Shown here in pieces: positions 1 through 11,968 of a stretch of DNA of 64,000 nt. Position numbers and translations under genes: made by a program. Numbering within the stretch: position 1 is the stretch's first letter; every line of letters starts with the position of its first letter. The stretch lies in assembly GCA_036172245.1 (NCBI GenBank), contig JAYWIR010000014.1, forward strand, positions 1,054,001 through 1,118,000, written 5' to 3'. The stretch comes from Raillietiella orientalis. Taxonomy: Eukaryota. Under the pieces are notes generated by a model. That model was given only the letters and a program-made list of their open reading frames with translations, was not told the origin of the DNA and did not search any database.

Positions 1-2471
1 AAGCACGGGAGGTCAGGGAAACCGAGCAGCTTTTCCACGAAACTGCGAGCACACTCGCGCAGTGAATTGCGATGCCGCGCAGATTAGAGCCACGAGCTCC
101 CCACAGGGCAGACGGCCCTTCTCAGGCCTTGGAGGTGTGCGATGGCAACGGAAGGAATGAAAAGGTGTACTGTGCGCGCATCCCGAGAGCCTCGACGGAT
201 CGCCGCCCTCTCCCTCCACCCCAACCCTCTCGCAAAGGCTCGCCTTCGCGCCCTACCGCACGATGGTTGTGGCCGCTGGTTCCCGAGCCAAACTGCCAAG
301 TTGGAGAGCTGTTTCTCCCTCCCCCCCCCCTCTCTTGCTCGCCTGGCGAGGATTCTGCAAAGTCCGACCGGAGTCCACCCGGAGACACCCTTTCGTTAGC
401 CTGCGACGCCGGTCTTCCCTCAACCACTGACTTCCATATGACAGGATTTTACCGCGCCTTCCGCGATGACCGCGAAAAGTCTACCCACCCCCAGTTTCGG
501 TCAACAGTCGAAGCCCTTCTTTGCCCGTGGCAGAGAGCCTTGCGCGGAACGGATATGCTTCCCTGGACCACGGTGAGCCACGCTTTTCGAACAGGAGCGG
601 TCCTGTGATCGCAAACCGACGATGGCGATCGATACGTACGAGAAGGTGCACCCCGTGTTCCCCGATCCCAAGCGTTGGCTCTCCCCTGCATAAGAATCGC
701 CTCTATCTAATGAAGCGTTCCCTGGCATTCCCGGACGCGAAAGCGAGGACCGCTTCGCCGCTTCTCGGAGAGCGAGTGGGGGGAGCAGGAGGGGGGAACG
801 AGAGCGCGCGCTTTCACATAATTCCGTGTCCGTCCGTTGCCATCCCCCGGGGATCTCTTGGTTTGCCGTTTGTTCACCTGGACGAGCACCGACTCGCAAC
901 CTCCGGGCCCGCTCAGACGACGCCTGGCCGTCCCGAGCGGGACTCCGAGTGACGGCAACCTCGCGAGGCAGCGACAACACACGGCATCGGAACCAGCCCG
1001 AGGCGAAAAAGAACCGCTTTCTCGAGGCGGGAGGCAAGTAACTTCCGGAGTGGCAAACAGCGGGCGCTTCGCTTGTGCGCAAACCTTGTGCGCTTCGCGA
1101 AAGGCGATTTCCCCGAGCTCGCAGGGCTGCACGCCTTTTCCGCCGTTGCACATCCCTTCTCCGAGTTGTGCACGTTTTACGCAACAGCTGGCACGGAGGA
1201 CACTGAGCTTGCCATTCTCGTCGCAAAGGACGAAATAGCCGTGTCCTTCGTGCTTTCAGTCTTATTCCAACGCCTCCTGCTCTCCGCTTCCCCTTTTCCA
1301 GAAAGGTCACCTGTCGAGGCTGAAAAGTTTGAACCCGTTCTTTTAGAAACCTGGTAATAAGTGACTCCTCGTTTCCAAATGACGCTGGTTGTTCTCACTC
1401 TCCCCCCTTTCTCCCGGGGCTCTTTCCAGTCTGATTCTTCGCTCTTTCGAACCGACCCATTCCCGACAGCAACTTGCGCTGACATCCGACTGAAGCACGC
1501 GGGTTCATTTTACGGCAATCTTCTAAATAATCAAAGAATTCGAAACCTAATCAGCTCACGCTAACAGCCGGCAGATCATTTTCCGATGGTCCGTGGATTT
1601 TTTCCTCGAGAGATAAAATCACTTTCACTTGGTCTGGATTTCTGCGGCGAAAGATCGCACAATTGCGGCAAAGTGCTGGAGAAACCTGCAGCGCGATCGA
1701 ACGGGACGCGGTCGGCTGTTCTGGGTGCATCCGGGAAATGAGGAAGAATCGATCCGACCGCCTCGTATTGTTGCTAATTATTTCAAAGGAAAATCGCACA
1801 CGTACACGAAATCCTTGCGGTGTCGAGTTCCCCATTTCCGCAGAAAGTGCAGCGCTGCTGAAAATAGAAATAGATAAACGTGATTCCTTGTTCTTCGGAG
1901 CGTGACCGAAAAGGTACGCAAATTCTGGAAACGCATGCAACGCGTGGACACCGACTTTTCTCGGGTGTTACAGAGAAATGGCAGCAGAGAACGACAAGTG
2001 CACATGAGACACCTTTGAAGAAACAGGCTTTTCGAGGACTGAGGAGCCTCGTGTAAGCCGGTCAAGAACTCGTCCCCCTTTTCCGAATTCGCCTCTAATT
2101 TGCAACTTGGAAACCCGTTTCGCGTAGTAGCAGCGAGGGCATCTTGAGGAACATCTTGTAAACCAAAATGACAAGCAACGTAAAGGAACGATGGATTTTT
2201 AATGTCCGGTGGCGAAGACGTATCCCTTGACTCATTAACTCGGAAACACGAGAATTAACAAACGAAACTGGAGCAGATTTTTTTTTTTTTTTCTTCAAAA
2301 TTCCGGAAAACTTCACTTGATGAGAAGTACCTAAGGGAGACTTGTTCGTTTGCGCTGCTTCAGAAGCAAAGACAAACTATTCGTTCAGCTTGCGCCGTTT
2401 GCACCAACGGACAGCACAGCAGCAAGGAGCTTTTCGGCACTCCGACAGCTCGACCTATGGCACGCTCCAGA

Positions 2472-2605
2472 AACTTAGCAGCACTTCAACAGCGCAGGGT
2501 TCGTCTCAACTCAGCAGCATTTCAGCAGCACATGGTTTGTCTCAATCGCTTCTGGAGCGATTGAGACAAACCGAAACGAACTCGGTGCTGCTGAAGTGGT
2601 TGTTG
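2472..2605. repeat. Foldback repeat: two tandem copies with 36-nt period followed by an inverted copy; perfect 17-bp stem
   Basis: 2477-2509 vs 2513-2545 match at 28/33. GGTTTGTCTCAATCGCT (2534-2550) pairs with AGCGATTGAGACAAACC (2556-2572). Outer stem TTCAGCAGCAC (2521-2531) pairs with GTGCTGCTGAA (2585-2595). Confidence 0.85.
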
Positions 2606-4568
2606 CAGCTGAAAATCGCATCCTGGCACTCAAAACGAATGTTTTGAGGACTCATGCCATGTTGGAAAAAGGTACGACAAGTTTCCACTCAGCATGCTTG
2701 CGTGCAGCTGAAAACGTTGCACTGTGCCAACAGGAGTGGCACCGGTGTCACGCTTCTTCCAGCCTGATCTATGGTCACCAACATCTGCAAATAAGGTTCA
2801 CCACGGAAGGAAAGATCACCTCACTGGCGATGCAGAACGCCCGGATCGAAAGAAACGTCGGGACCACATAACCCAGACTGGAACGTGGAATGAAGACTTC
2901 TGAAGCACTTCTGAAGTTACGAAGGCTCCTTCTCCATGTGAGCTGCGAGTAGGCACCACCAAGGTACACCAAATCATTTCAAATGCCGTAAAAGGAAGAT
3001 CATTAGATGATGATTCTATTTTATTTAAGAGTCGCGACTTTCCTCCGGATAAAAGCTCGTTTTAACCGGCCCTATGTCCCCACGCCAAGCGTGCAGGAGT
3101 AGAAAATCTCAAGGTGTAGAATACGGGAATTCGGTGACAGGCAAGAAAAAGCACTACAGGAAATGGAAGCTGGAAGAAAAAGACGAGGGAAAACGCAGCA
3201 GACTACGAATGCATGCCACCGGGCAACGGTGGAAGCCCTAGAACGTCACGTCTGCCTCGCATATCAACATTGGAGTTGAACACACGGCAGAAGTTTCCAG
3301 AACTGCAAAATAAGGCCTTTAGTCCGTGCATCTAAATTTCTGCGATACTAACGTGCACAGGAAACGCAGACTGTTCCGTGGAGAGCGCAAACACAAGATA
3401 CAGATATAAAAATAACACATATATACGCAATAAATGCACTGCAAGTTCGGCTTCCAACGCTTTTTTCGAAAAGTGCTCTTGGCCTAAATACGAGAAAAGA
3501 AGGGGTAGAGAGAAGGTGGCGAGTGTGAATGGCGCAGGGTCGTTCGACGCGTATTATTTAAGGGGCTTGAAGCTGTCGTCAGGGTTTTCATAAGCACCTT
3601 CACAAGACTAGCAGCTGTGCTTCCCGTCTGGAAGACCAGTCCGATGATCTTAAACAACCTGACGACTTATTTGGCCATCATTGGCGCCGGACACTGCTGT
3701 GCATCCTTTTACTTTCATGGCAAATGGTGTGAGCATATACATGTTATTTCGAAAACATCGCGAACGTTCGAGATTGTTTCCTAGGTGTTTCACGTATCAC
3801 GCTGAATTTGCAGGGATAAACTTCAGGATGTGTTCATAAAACAAAAATGAAGAAAAAAAAAAAAACATAAATAGGAAACTTCACCCTCTTAACGGAACAC
3901 ACTGATGTCCCCAACAGAATATTCATGGGAAGGAAGAGCTCCTCCCCGTATCATTCTCGACTTGTAAAAGCGCACACACTTTGCATCATGTTTCGAGTAG
4001 AAAATCTCCTTAGGAACATCTTGTGCTCGCGTGCTTTTTTCCATTTTAAACAAGCTTTATCTCGTCACGCCAATTACATACCGTACTGCGTGGTTTTTCT
4101 GTTGAGTCACCTCCGTTCTTTTCACGAGACTTACGCAAACATTGCTGGAAAATCCGCCCATCTTGCCACTATCTTCATCATTTGCTACCCATCACTTAAA
4201 TCACCTCGGTTGAGTCCCGCGCACCTACTCCGGGAACGCGTTCGCCCGTAAACTGGCGATTGGCTCTCAAGCAAAAAACGAAAATGGAAAAAGGCTGTGA
4301 TCAGAAATCCTTCTCATTCACTTCCCCCCTCCCCCTCCTCCTCCCCCTCATAGTGAAGCAGTAGGTACGACGAATCTATCAACCACGTGAGAACTGCTTT
4401 GTTCGTTTATTTCATCCTTCCACTTCGTGCACGGTACCAAAATGCAGATGTGAGCCGACTTTCTCTCAAGATCTCGAGTGACAAGTTGCAACACAACAGA
4501 CTGTTTCACGCCTTTCCCAAAATGAGAATTACCCACGTCAAATACCGATGCTCGTAAATACTCTTCGA

Positions 4569-4574
4569 TTTATT
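4569..4574 (-). terminator. Candidate polyadenylation signal of Mob2 (others at 4406-4411 and 3020-3025)
   Basis: TTTATT on + (AATAAA on -) downstream of the Mob2 stop. Motif only. Confidence 0.3.
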
Positions 4575-4804
4575 GGCTGTAAGGTGAACCGGAGGCCCGG
4601 ATCTATCACAACACAATTAGATTGGGAAGGCCCCTTTTAAGAATCCGAGGATTTGGGGTGCAGCTACGATTCGATTCTCGAATCGCAGAAACAGCGTTCA
4701 GGCACTTCAGGGGATGGGAGATCTTTCACAGCGACGCGACGCTATCACAGGACGGTCGGCGCTCGACTAGCATGAGTGAGGTGACACACCAAAAAATGAG
4801 GTCG

Positions 4805-5636
4805 CTAAAGACAGTCTGAAGGAGGATCCACTGTTGGGCTATCCGGTTCGGGGTGGCAAAGCTGTAATGCGGAAACCAGATCTCCTAATACGTTCAATTC
4901 AGACTCATCCACCAATTGGAAATGCGTGACGAATACGAAGAAGTGCGCAAACACACAATGGAGATGGGAGTGCAGGCCCAAAAGGAAGATTTCGTTGAAG
5001 TGGCTGTGGTAGATATGTGCCAACACGTGGAACAACAAGGTTAGTATTCTGCGAACCACCGACTCAAAACTAACTGGAAACGAGAGAGCTGAAAGCAAGA
5101 TAGGCATTCTTTTCTGTCATCGTCTACAAGTCCATCACCTACCATATTTTGTGGGAAATATGGTCTCATCCTGTACTGTACGTTGTACGAAGGTCATGAC
5201 ATAATCCACATACTGGGGAGCAGATAAACGAATCTTTTTACCACGTTCGTCTACCCACTGGTAATGTCTGCGACGGAACCCTTGAGGTCATGAAAGCCTT
5301 TGTATTCTTGCTTACCTGAGTCCAGGACCCACCATTTCCGGACATAACGATGGTATGCAAAATTCGGATACGGTGCCGTACAATAGATTGACATGTTCAA
5401 AAAAGGCAACTGCTGAAAATGGAAAAAAGGGAATCGATGAACCGATCGACTGATGGGATCAAAAATACATACTGTGAGATGCCAACCACTCGTTGTGGTC
5501 CAGGCCTTGAGCCAATTCCACAAAAGTCCTGAGATCATATTCCGAAAGCTTTCTTTGAAGCACAGCCTCTTGCAGGTACAGTTTAGGTTCCTCGTGACCT
5601 CCCGCATTTGCATCTCTCTCTTTGCGTCTTGCCTTT
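4805..5636 (-). CDS. Mob2: MOB kinase activator 2 (Mob2), four clustered coding exons: 5636-5473, 5412-5316, 5267-5143, 5088-4805 (stop TAG 4807-4805)
   Basis: Spliced translation: KARRKERDANAGGHEEPKLYLQEAVLQRKLSEYDLRTFVELAQGLDHNEWLASH-TVAFFEHVNLLYGTVSEFCIPSLCPEMVGPGLR-HYQWVDERGKKIRLSAPQYVDYVMTFVQRTVQDETIFPTKY-ALSFPVSFESVVRRILTLLFHVLAHIYHSHF...LVDESELNVLGDL. These are Mob1/phocein-domain motifs with the Mob2-type KARRKE, EWLASHT and APQYVDYVMT. Three GT-AG introns (5472-5413, 60 nt; 5315-5268, 48 nt; 5142-5089, 54 nt) join in matching phase. Confidence 0.96.
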
Positions 5637-8188
5637 CTGAAACAGAAAGTTATCAATGTGGCGGGAGAGAGAAAAACACATACACATCTCGAGATAATGG
5701 GTAAGAAAGTAAGATAATGGGTAAAATTCGTCGCGAAGTAAGTATGTGCTCGATTGATTCACTCGCTAACTGAATACCAATCCCATCCAATTTTATGATT
5801 TGTTCGTAAATCAGTTAACGGGAAAACAGAAAGGCAGGAATGAGGGATACCTTCTTAAAGCGAAGCACGAAGTGTCAAAATGTTTCTCCCAGTTAACTGA
5901 AACAAAATCTTTCCACATGCAAGCAATTATCCTGAAACGATACTCTAAAGAGTTGAATAAAATGATTGCGAACTTTTGCACGAAAGAGCTGATAACATCA
6001 CACCAACTTAATCACACGAAATAATTGCTAAATCACTCGAATGTCGCGAATTTCGAAATCAATTCGTCGCAAACAGAGCAAACTACAAATCGCTTTTCTT
6101 TTTTCTTTTTTTTTTTTGAGGGAGGGAGGGGGGGGGGGGGCTTGGAATCCGTGAAAATGGGCGAGATGATGACTCCCGACGGTTGGATTCATGAACATAA
6201 GAAGCTCAACTGGAACCACAGTTTCGATCAACCATATTTCGATCAACAGTCCCGGGAATAAATATTTCTTTCCAGCAGACCACAGATTTTTATCACAATA
6301 GCAGAATGCTACTGGCAAAACGCCCCAACACTTCCCGTCGAGAATTATCACAGATAATTTCGCAAATATCTCCAGATTTCAATACTAAAACGATCGCTGA
6401 TAAAAACGCCTTTCCTGTAGCCTTTAAATAATCAGTTTTTGTGTTTCTTTTCTTTTTCATCAAGGAGAGAAGTGATTATACCATATCCAAGGACATGAGA
6501 TACATGAAAGCAGAATACAAGTGGAACAAAACGTTGTGACGTAGGAAGTTATCACCTGCTTCAGTTTGCACGTACATTTTGGCGAAACTCTGGCTTTACT
6601 TAGGCTTCGTGGTTGCTGTACTTGAAAAAAACAAAAAAAACAATGGTGGAACAAAATTCGAAATGACGAAATCACTAGGGGTTTTATATTCTCTGTGATT
6701 TATGCACCGTTGCATTCAAACTAGCGCACAGAACAGCATGAGACATAAAACTGGAGGGATGCATCGAATAAAAGAGAGAGAGAAAAAAAAAAACTTTATC
6801 AGCTCTTTTTTAGAAAGACTGCTGCTTGCTCTCCACGGCAACATTTTCGCAGCGTATGTACCGAGTCTATACGAGCTTGTTCCGAAAGGAAAAATAAATA
6901 AAGAATCAATGAAATAAATGAAAGAGCAACGGAAAAGAAAAATGCCCGACGAATGGGGAGAGCTTGCAAACAGAAATCCATGGCAGAAACTCACATGACG
7001 AGAAATCATAACGAATTTCTGCATCCAAGAGCATCGACGAAGCAGAGAAACAAGGGAAGCACCTGGCGGTCATATGTTTCCGGTCAGGAAACAGGAAACT
7101 ATGCCAAGGAACAATAGGGAGTAATTGGTAAGCGCATATGCATCTTATGCGTATTTTCGCCGACAGGAAGTAGCTGCACACCGAGTTATACAAACAAAAG
7201 TTACCACGACGAATTCATACACCACAGCGAGATGCTGGAGAGAATTTATTGAACCGAGCCCCGATGATGGGTTTCTCGATGGCGGATCGGCAAGTCTAGG
7301 GAAATCGGATAAACAAAAAGAATACTCACGTGACAAATGTAGTAATGAGGGAATTCTGATACTGCCATTGCCTGAATCGCTTGTGACAAACATCCATCAA
7401 ACCGAAAATACGTTCCGATAAAGTGTCCGCCATCGTAGGGGGCATTGTCTCATTAAAAGATCTGGAAATGTATGCGCAGTCCGCTTGTTCTCGAACTGGC
7501 GGCACTCGAGTGTTTCCGGATGCGACAGCAGCACACGATTTTATCTCACAGTACCAACGTTCTCCGGATTTCGGCGTGCACACGTACAAGAAGCCACAGA
7601 TAGATGTGAACGTTCTTCGGAGCAACGGGCACGCGAACCGCGCTCAGCGGCAACACATGACAAACTGGATCCATCCAAGGCTCCGTGCCCGCTCACTCCA
7701 GTTCCGACATGACGTCTCTCAAACACTCGTTACGTCATCCGAAAGCGCAGCTAAATGAACCCTAGAGGGGGACCAGCGTAAAAATATGCTCCTTCTATTT
7801 CTCTGGTTCGATTCCCCATTTCGCATCACCTGACGAGCGTTCGTTTCCATCACTGACCGCAAGACAGTGGACAATTAGCTCGAAGGCTCGCAGGATTTTC
7901 ACAAACGAGATTTGCATAGGTTCCACTGAGGGATCACGCACATCTGAAACTATGTTTTGTTTAGAATGTTGTTACATGACAAGTAGAAAAATTCTAATGA
8001 TTAGAATACGAACTAGGATCACGGGGCTCAAAAGAGTGTGAATTCTTTTCATGAAACTCCGATTACATTTATTCCCGGACACTTATTAAAAAAACGGAAA
8101 ACTGGGGAACACGAAATGGATTGATTACCTTTGTGTCAATTATTCGCTGATGTCAATTTCAAACACTTAATACCTGCTTCGATTTTAC

Positions 8189-8205
8189 CTGAATATTTGC
8201 TTCAT
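8189..8205 (-). CDS. Candidate alternative first coding exon of Mob2 (MKQIFR-)
   Basis: ttttgtgttcag|aa ATG AAG CAA ATA TTC AG|gtaaaa. Phase 2, compatible with the 5637 acceptor, giving MKQIFRKARRKE. Supported by splice motifs only. Confidence 0.3.
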
Positions 8206-8489
8206 TTCTGAACACAAAACCGAATACGACTATTTATTTTGTAGGGTGAGGTTTGCGCTTGTTCAACAGCGAACAATTCGAAGGCTCGGGTTCCAATCAC
8301 TAAAATGATTGCAGTTATTCCGCAGAGCAGTTTATTTTCAGTTCTTTTGCGCTCTGGAGAATTCCCGGAACACCTCAGACAAAAGTCTCATCGACAAAAC
8401 AGAAAATTTCAGGATACATGCTCGTCAAATTCAATCTTGAAGCTATGCCATATGTGCTTCGAAGTTTGGACTGGAGAATTCTGCAGTTT

Positions 8490-8494
<5 letters not shown>

Positions 8495-8525
<31 letters not shown>
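8495..8525. repeat. A31 homopolymer
   Basis: Read directly. Confidence 0.9.
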
Positions 8526-8528
<3 letters not shown>

Positions 8529-11500
8529 TTCAAAACCCACACGCACGCACATATATGTATGCGTGCGCGCGCATGTGTCTATCACAAACGCCTAAATTCA
8601 CCAATGCAAAAAAACTGTCTTCAAGCTAAACGACTAAATCAGTTACGATTCTACCGTCACTTGTGATTATGATTTCACCTTTGATCGTTTCCCTTGTCCC
8701 CACATTTGTCCTAACAGCCCCTTCTTCCTCCTTCCTTCTTCCTCATGGATATGTTACTCAATAATAGTCCAGTTTATCCAAGCGTTCATGCTGTAGTTTC
8801 CGTATTTAATGGTTGCAGTATGTTCTATTACTAAATTCCCTTTTACACAGTTTTATCACGGTTCACTCTTAGGCCAACTTGCTTTCTTCTTATTCGCTTG
8901 AACATTAGATTACAGCACGTGCGGACATACACAAAACTATAGACAAAATGCTGCATGCGAAGATCACATCTCGAGATATTTGTGAATGAGCTCTACAAAT
9001 GCTTTTAATCCCAGATTTCAGTTACGTCTTCGAATTCAACTGAAGTTACGAACTTTTCTTCTAACACAATGAACGCATCGTGTCAACAGGGTTGGAAAAA
9101 CAAAAAAAACAGACTAGCACAAGAGAACCAACTATTTGATTCTTGCCCATAAAATTTATGATGCTCCAAATGAATACAACTGAGTATTCGGTCCAACCAT
9201 TTTACTAAAAGACTGGAAACATCATTTCAAAACATGTGATAGTAGTAAACGATGGGCAAAGAATTCAACTTCTATGGATCCTCATAACATGAATAAGAAA
9301 GTGACAGATACTATGAAACATACTTGGGATTTATAAACAGACCTCGAGGAAAAACCAAGGTTACAAAACCATTATCTTCACTTGGAGAAAGTGCTACTCG
9401 GTAAAGCTGTGTGCACGAGACAAACTGAAGGCATTCCCATAAAAAGGTAAAAGAGAGTTGAGAAAAACGTAATAGATGGTCTAAACATCAAGGAAAGCAA
9501 ACAAACTGGACAAAAAGGTTAGGGAAGGCGACTGTTCCCCAGTTTTTTAGCGCCGCTACCGCAGTGCTGCGGGTTAGTTTCTCGAACAAGATTGATACGT
9601 CCGACGAATGCAGTACTTTTCATAGTGCACAATAATAACCTTTAAAAATTGGTGACTACAAAAACGTTTATTTTTAATACATCAGCGCCAAAAACGCCGC
9701 AATGTTGTAAACAGAGAAATCCGAGAAATAAGTACCAAATGGGATGGACTATCGGATGAAACTGGCAGATAATGGACTCCATTCTGGCTGAAAATCGTAA
9801 AAGACAGGTCGGGAGCCCAAAGCGAAAATTCTTCTGTTTCGAATTCGAGTCTGATAACAGACTAAGAAACACACACGACTAAGAAACAGCAGGTTTAACA
9901 GAAGGAGACAGAATTTCGCTTCGTTACCTTGCGCAAGTAAAGCTATGCAAAACCCACACGCGACGAACACTTTCGTTACAGCTGCAGATAGCACAATGAA
10001 TAATTGGGGAATCGTTCCACACAAAACTGGAAACAAGAGTCCCCTCATAAGAACTTCTGGAATCCTGGAATCACCCAAGGAAGTGGAGCATTTCTGTGAT
10101 TTCACTGTTAGTAAAATAAACTCTGAAGGGAAGCGCTCACAAGAACAAAGTCCGGAAAGAAAATCACATTTCTTAGCAGAGAAGGCTAAGCTGGGAAGAG
10201 AAGGCACACAGGAAGGAGTTCTGTAAGCATGAATAAGACGAAGGAATTATTCGTGATGCGTGAGGTTGTGGGTTCATGGGAAACAGAACCTTTTCTGGAA
10301 AGAAGGATACAATGAAGACACATGACTTCGACCGGAATCTGGGGTATTATATGGTTACTTGATTGTTTTGAAGATCGAGTTATGGATAAAGAGATATATA
10401 TCACAAATGCTAATGGTTTCCGATCAATCTGTAATAATTACAGGAATGACAGTTTTGTTTTTCCATTATTAAGAGAAATTACATGAAGACACATGGATGA
10501 CATGATAAATAACGGAAAGGGAATACTGCTAGAAATTGAGGTCCGAGGACACTGACTGAGGAATACTGCTTCTGAGTTCCAAAAACGTTTGTGATTTTTT
10601 CCGCAGATATGACATGCAAAGGAAGAACTTCTTGTCTATCTGCATCAGATTGGAAATCTCATATGTTAAGAGGCGACTGAAAGGTCTTCTGGAAAGTTAA
10701 GAATTAGATGACAGAATGCCAGACAGCAAAGCAAAAGAATCTAAAACTAAAATACCTGCATCCAGATTTACGAATAAAACGTGATTTTATTGGTTTAAGG
10801 AAGCACCAATAAAAGAAATTGAAAAATTGAAAAAGGAATAATGGCATCGCTCATTTCAGTGATATGAATAGTTTATTGCTTAAGAAACACTGATAACCAA
10901 TGTTTTCCCAGGCTATGATACCAAAAATTATGATAGAACCACACCTGTCTGCGGTGTATTTTGTAACATCGTTTCCTTAAGCAGAGTGCATTAATTTCTT
11001 TATTTCTTAAAGTGATTCTTATTCATTTTATATTAAACAGTACGTGCGTTGGTTAAAAAGCATACATTACAATTACTGTTTCCCCTTTACTCATGTCTTA
11101 ATAATACTTTTATAATAATGCTGGAGCTAACTATAGTATAGAAGGAATTCAAGATAGTCACATTTATGTACACTTATGATATCCATAAATCAGAATAAGA
11201 AACACTTATAAATATTATACAGAATATCGGAGTAATATAAACATATCTGATCAAATAATCATTTAGTAGACATTTGTTATAAAATCTACTGACAACTAAT
11301 TTCAATTAAATGAAACTAAAAACTAGTACAAATTGATATATACACATGAAATACTATAAAATACTTAAAACTCGTTGCTCATGAACACTTGCTGAAGAAC
11401 ATAGCTCTAATTGTGATCTACTTATGATCGTGAGTTTGGGACGGTGGTTCCCTTCTGACTACAGGAACAGCTGGTTACAGTAATAATCACTACTCCTCAA

Positions 11501-11914
11501 CAAGAATAACTTCACTCACATTACTACTACTCATCATTCCTGAATTTCAAGCAATCATTAGTCGGCATTCTAGAGACATGACCTATCTCAGAAGAACTTT
11601 GTAGATACATAGTGTAAGATTCTGACCATTTAAGCATTATCTAATCAATACCTGAAAGATATGATTCTTGTAATGATACTTGTAAAACCGGAAACAATGA
11701 TAAAATTGGTTAAGGAATTGCTTTTCCGCGGTGTAGTAGCCGTGAAATCCACGATGAAAGAAGTTCCGTGACGCTTAATAAATACGATTCGATTTGTCAT
11801 TTGGTAAAAGATATAAGAAAAACGCCACTTTAACACACCAAAAATCCTACTTTGATAAGCTTTACCGTGCTTACGTATTTTTCTATTTTGTGTGTATGCG
11901 TGCGTGTTTTTGAG

Positions 11915-11920
<6 letters not shown>

Positions 11921-11967
<47 letters not shown>
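11921..11967. repeat. A47 homopolymer
   Basis: Read directly. The length may be imprecise in the assembly. Confidence 0.9.

Positions 11968-11968
<1 letters not shown>

Noticed and set aside
1..2000. Overlapping 100-270 aa ORFs here and at 33-39 kb and 54-64 kb
   Set aside because: Arg/Pro/Ser/Gly-rich shadow ORFs expected in GC-rich DNA. They occur in all frames and have no domains.
3588..3620. Minus-strand resemblance to the miR-22/745/980 family
   Set aside because: The match is interrupted and I see no precursor hairpin.
11921..11967. Long A-tracts as retroposon tails
   Set aside because: No shared upstream body, Pol III boxes or target-site duplications are visible. Simple slippage is sufficient.
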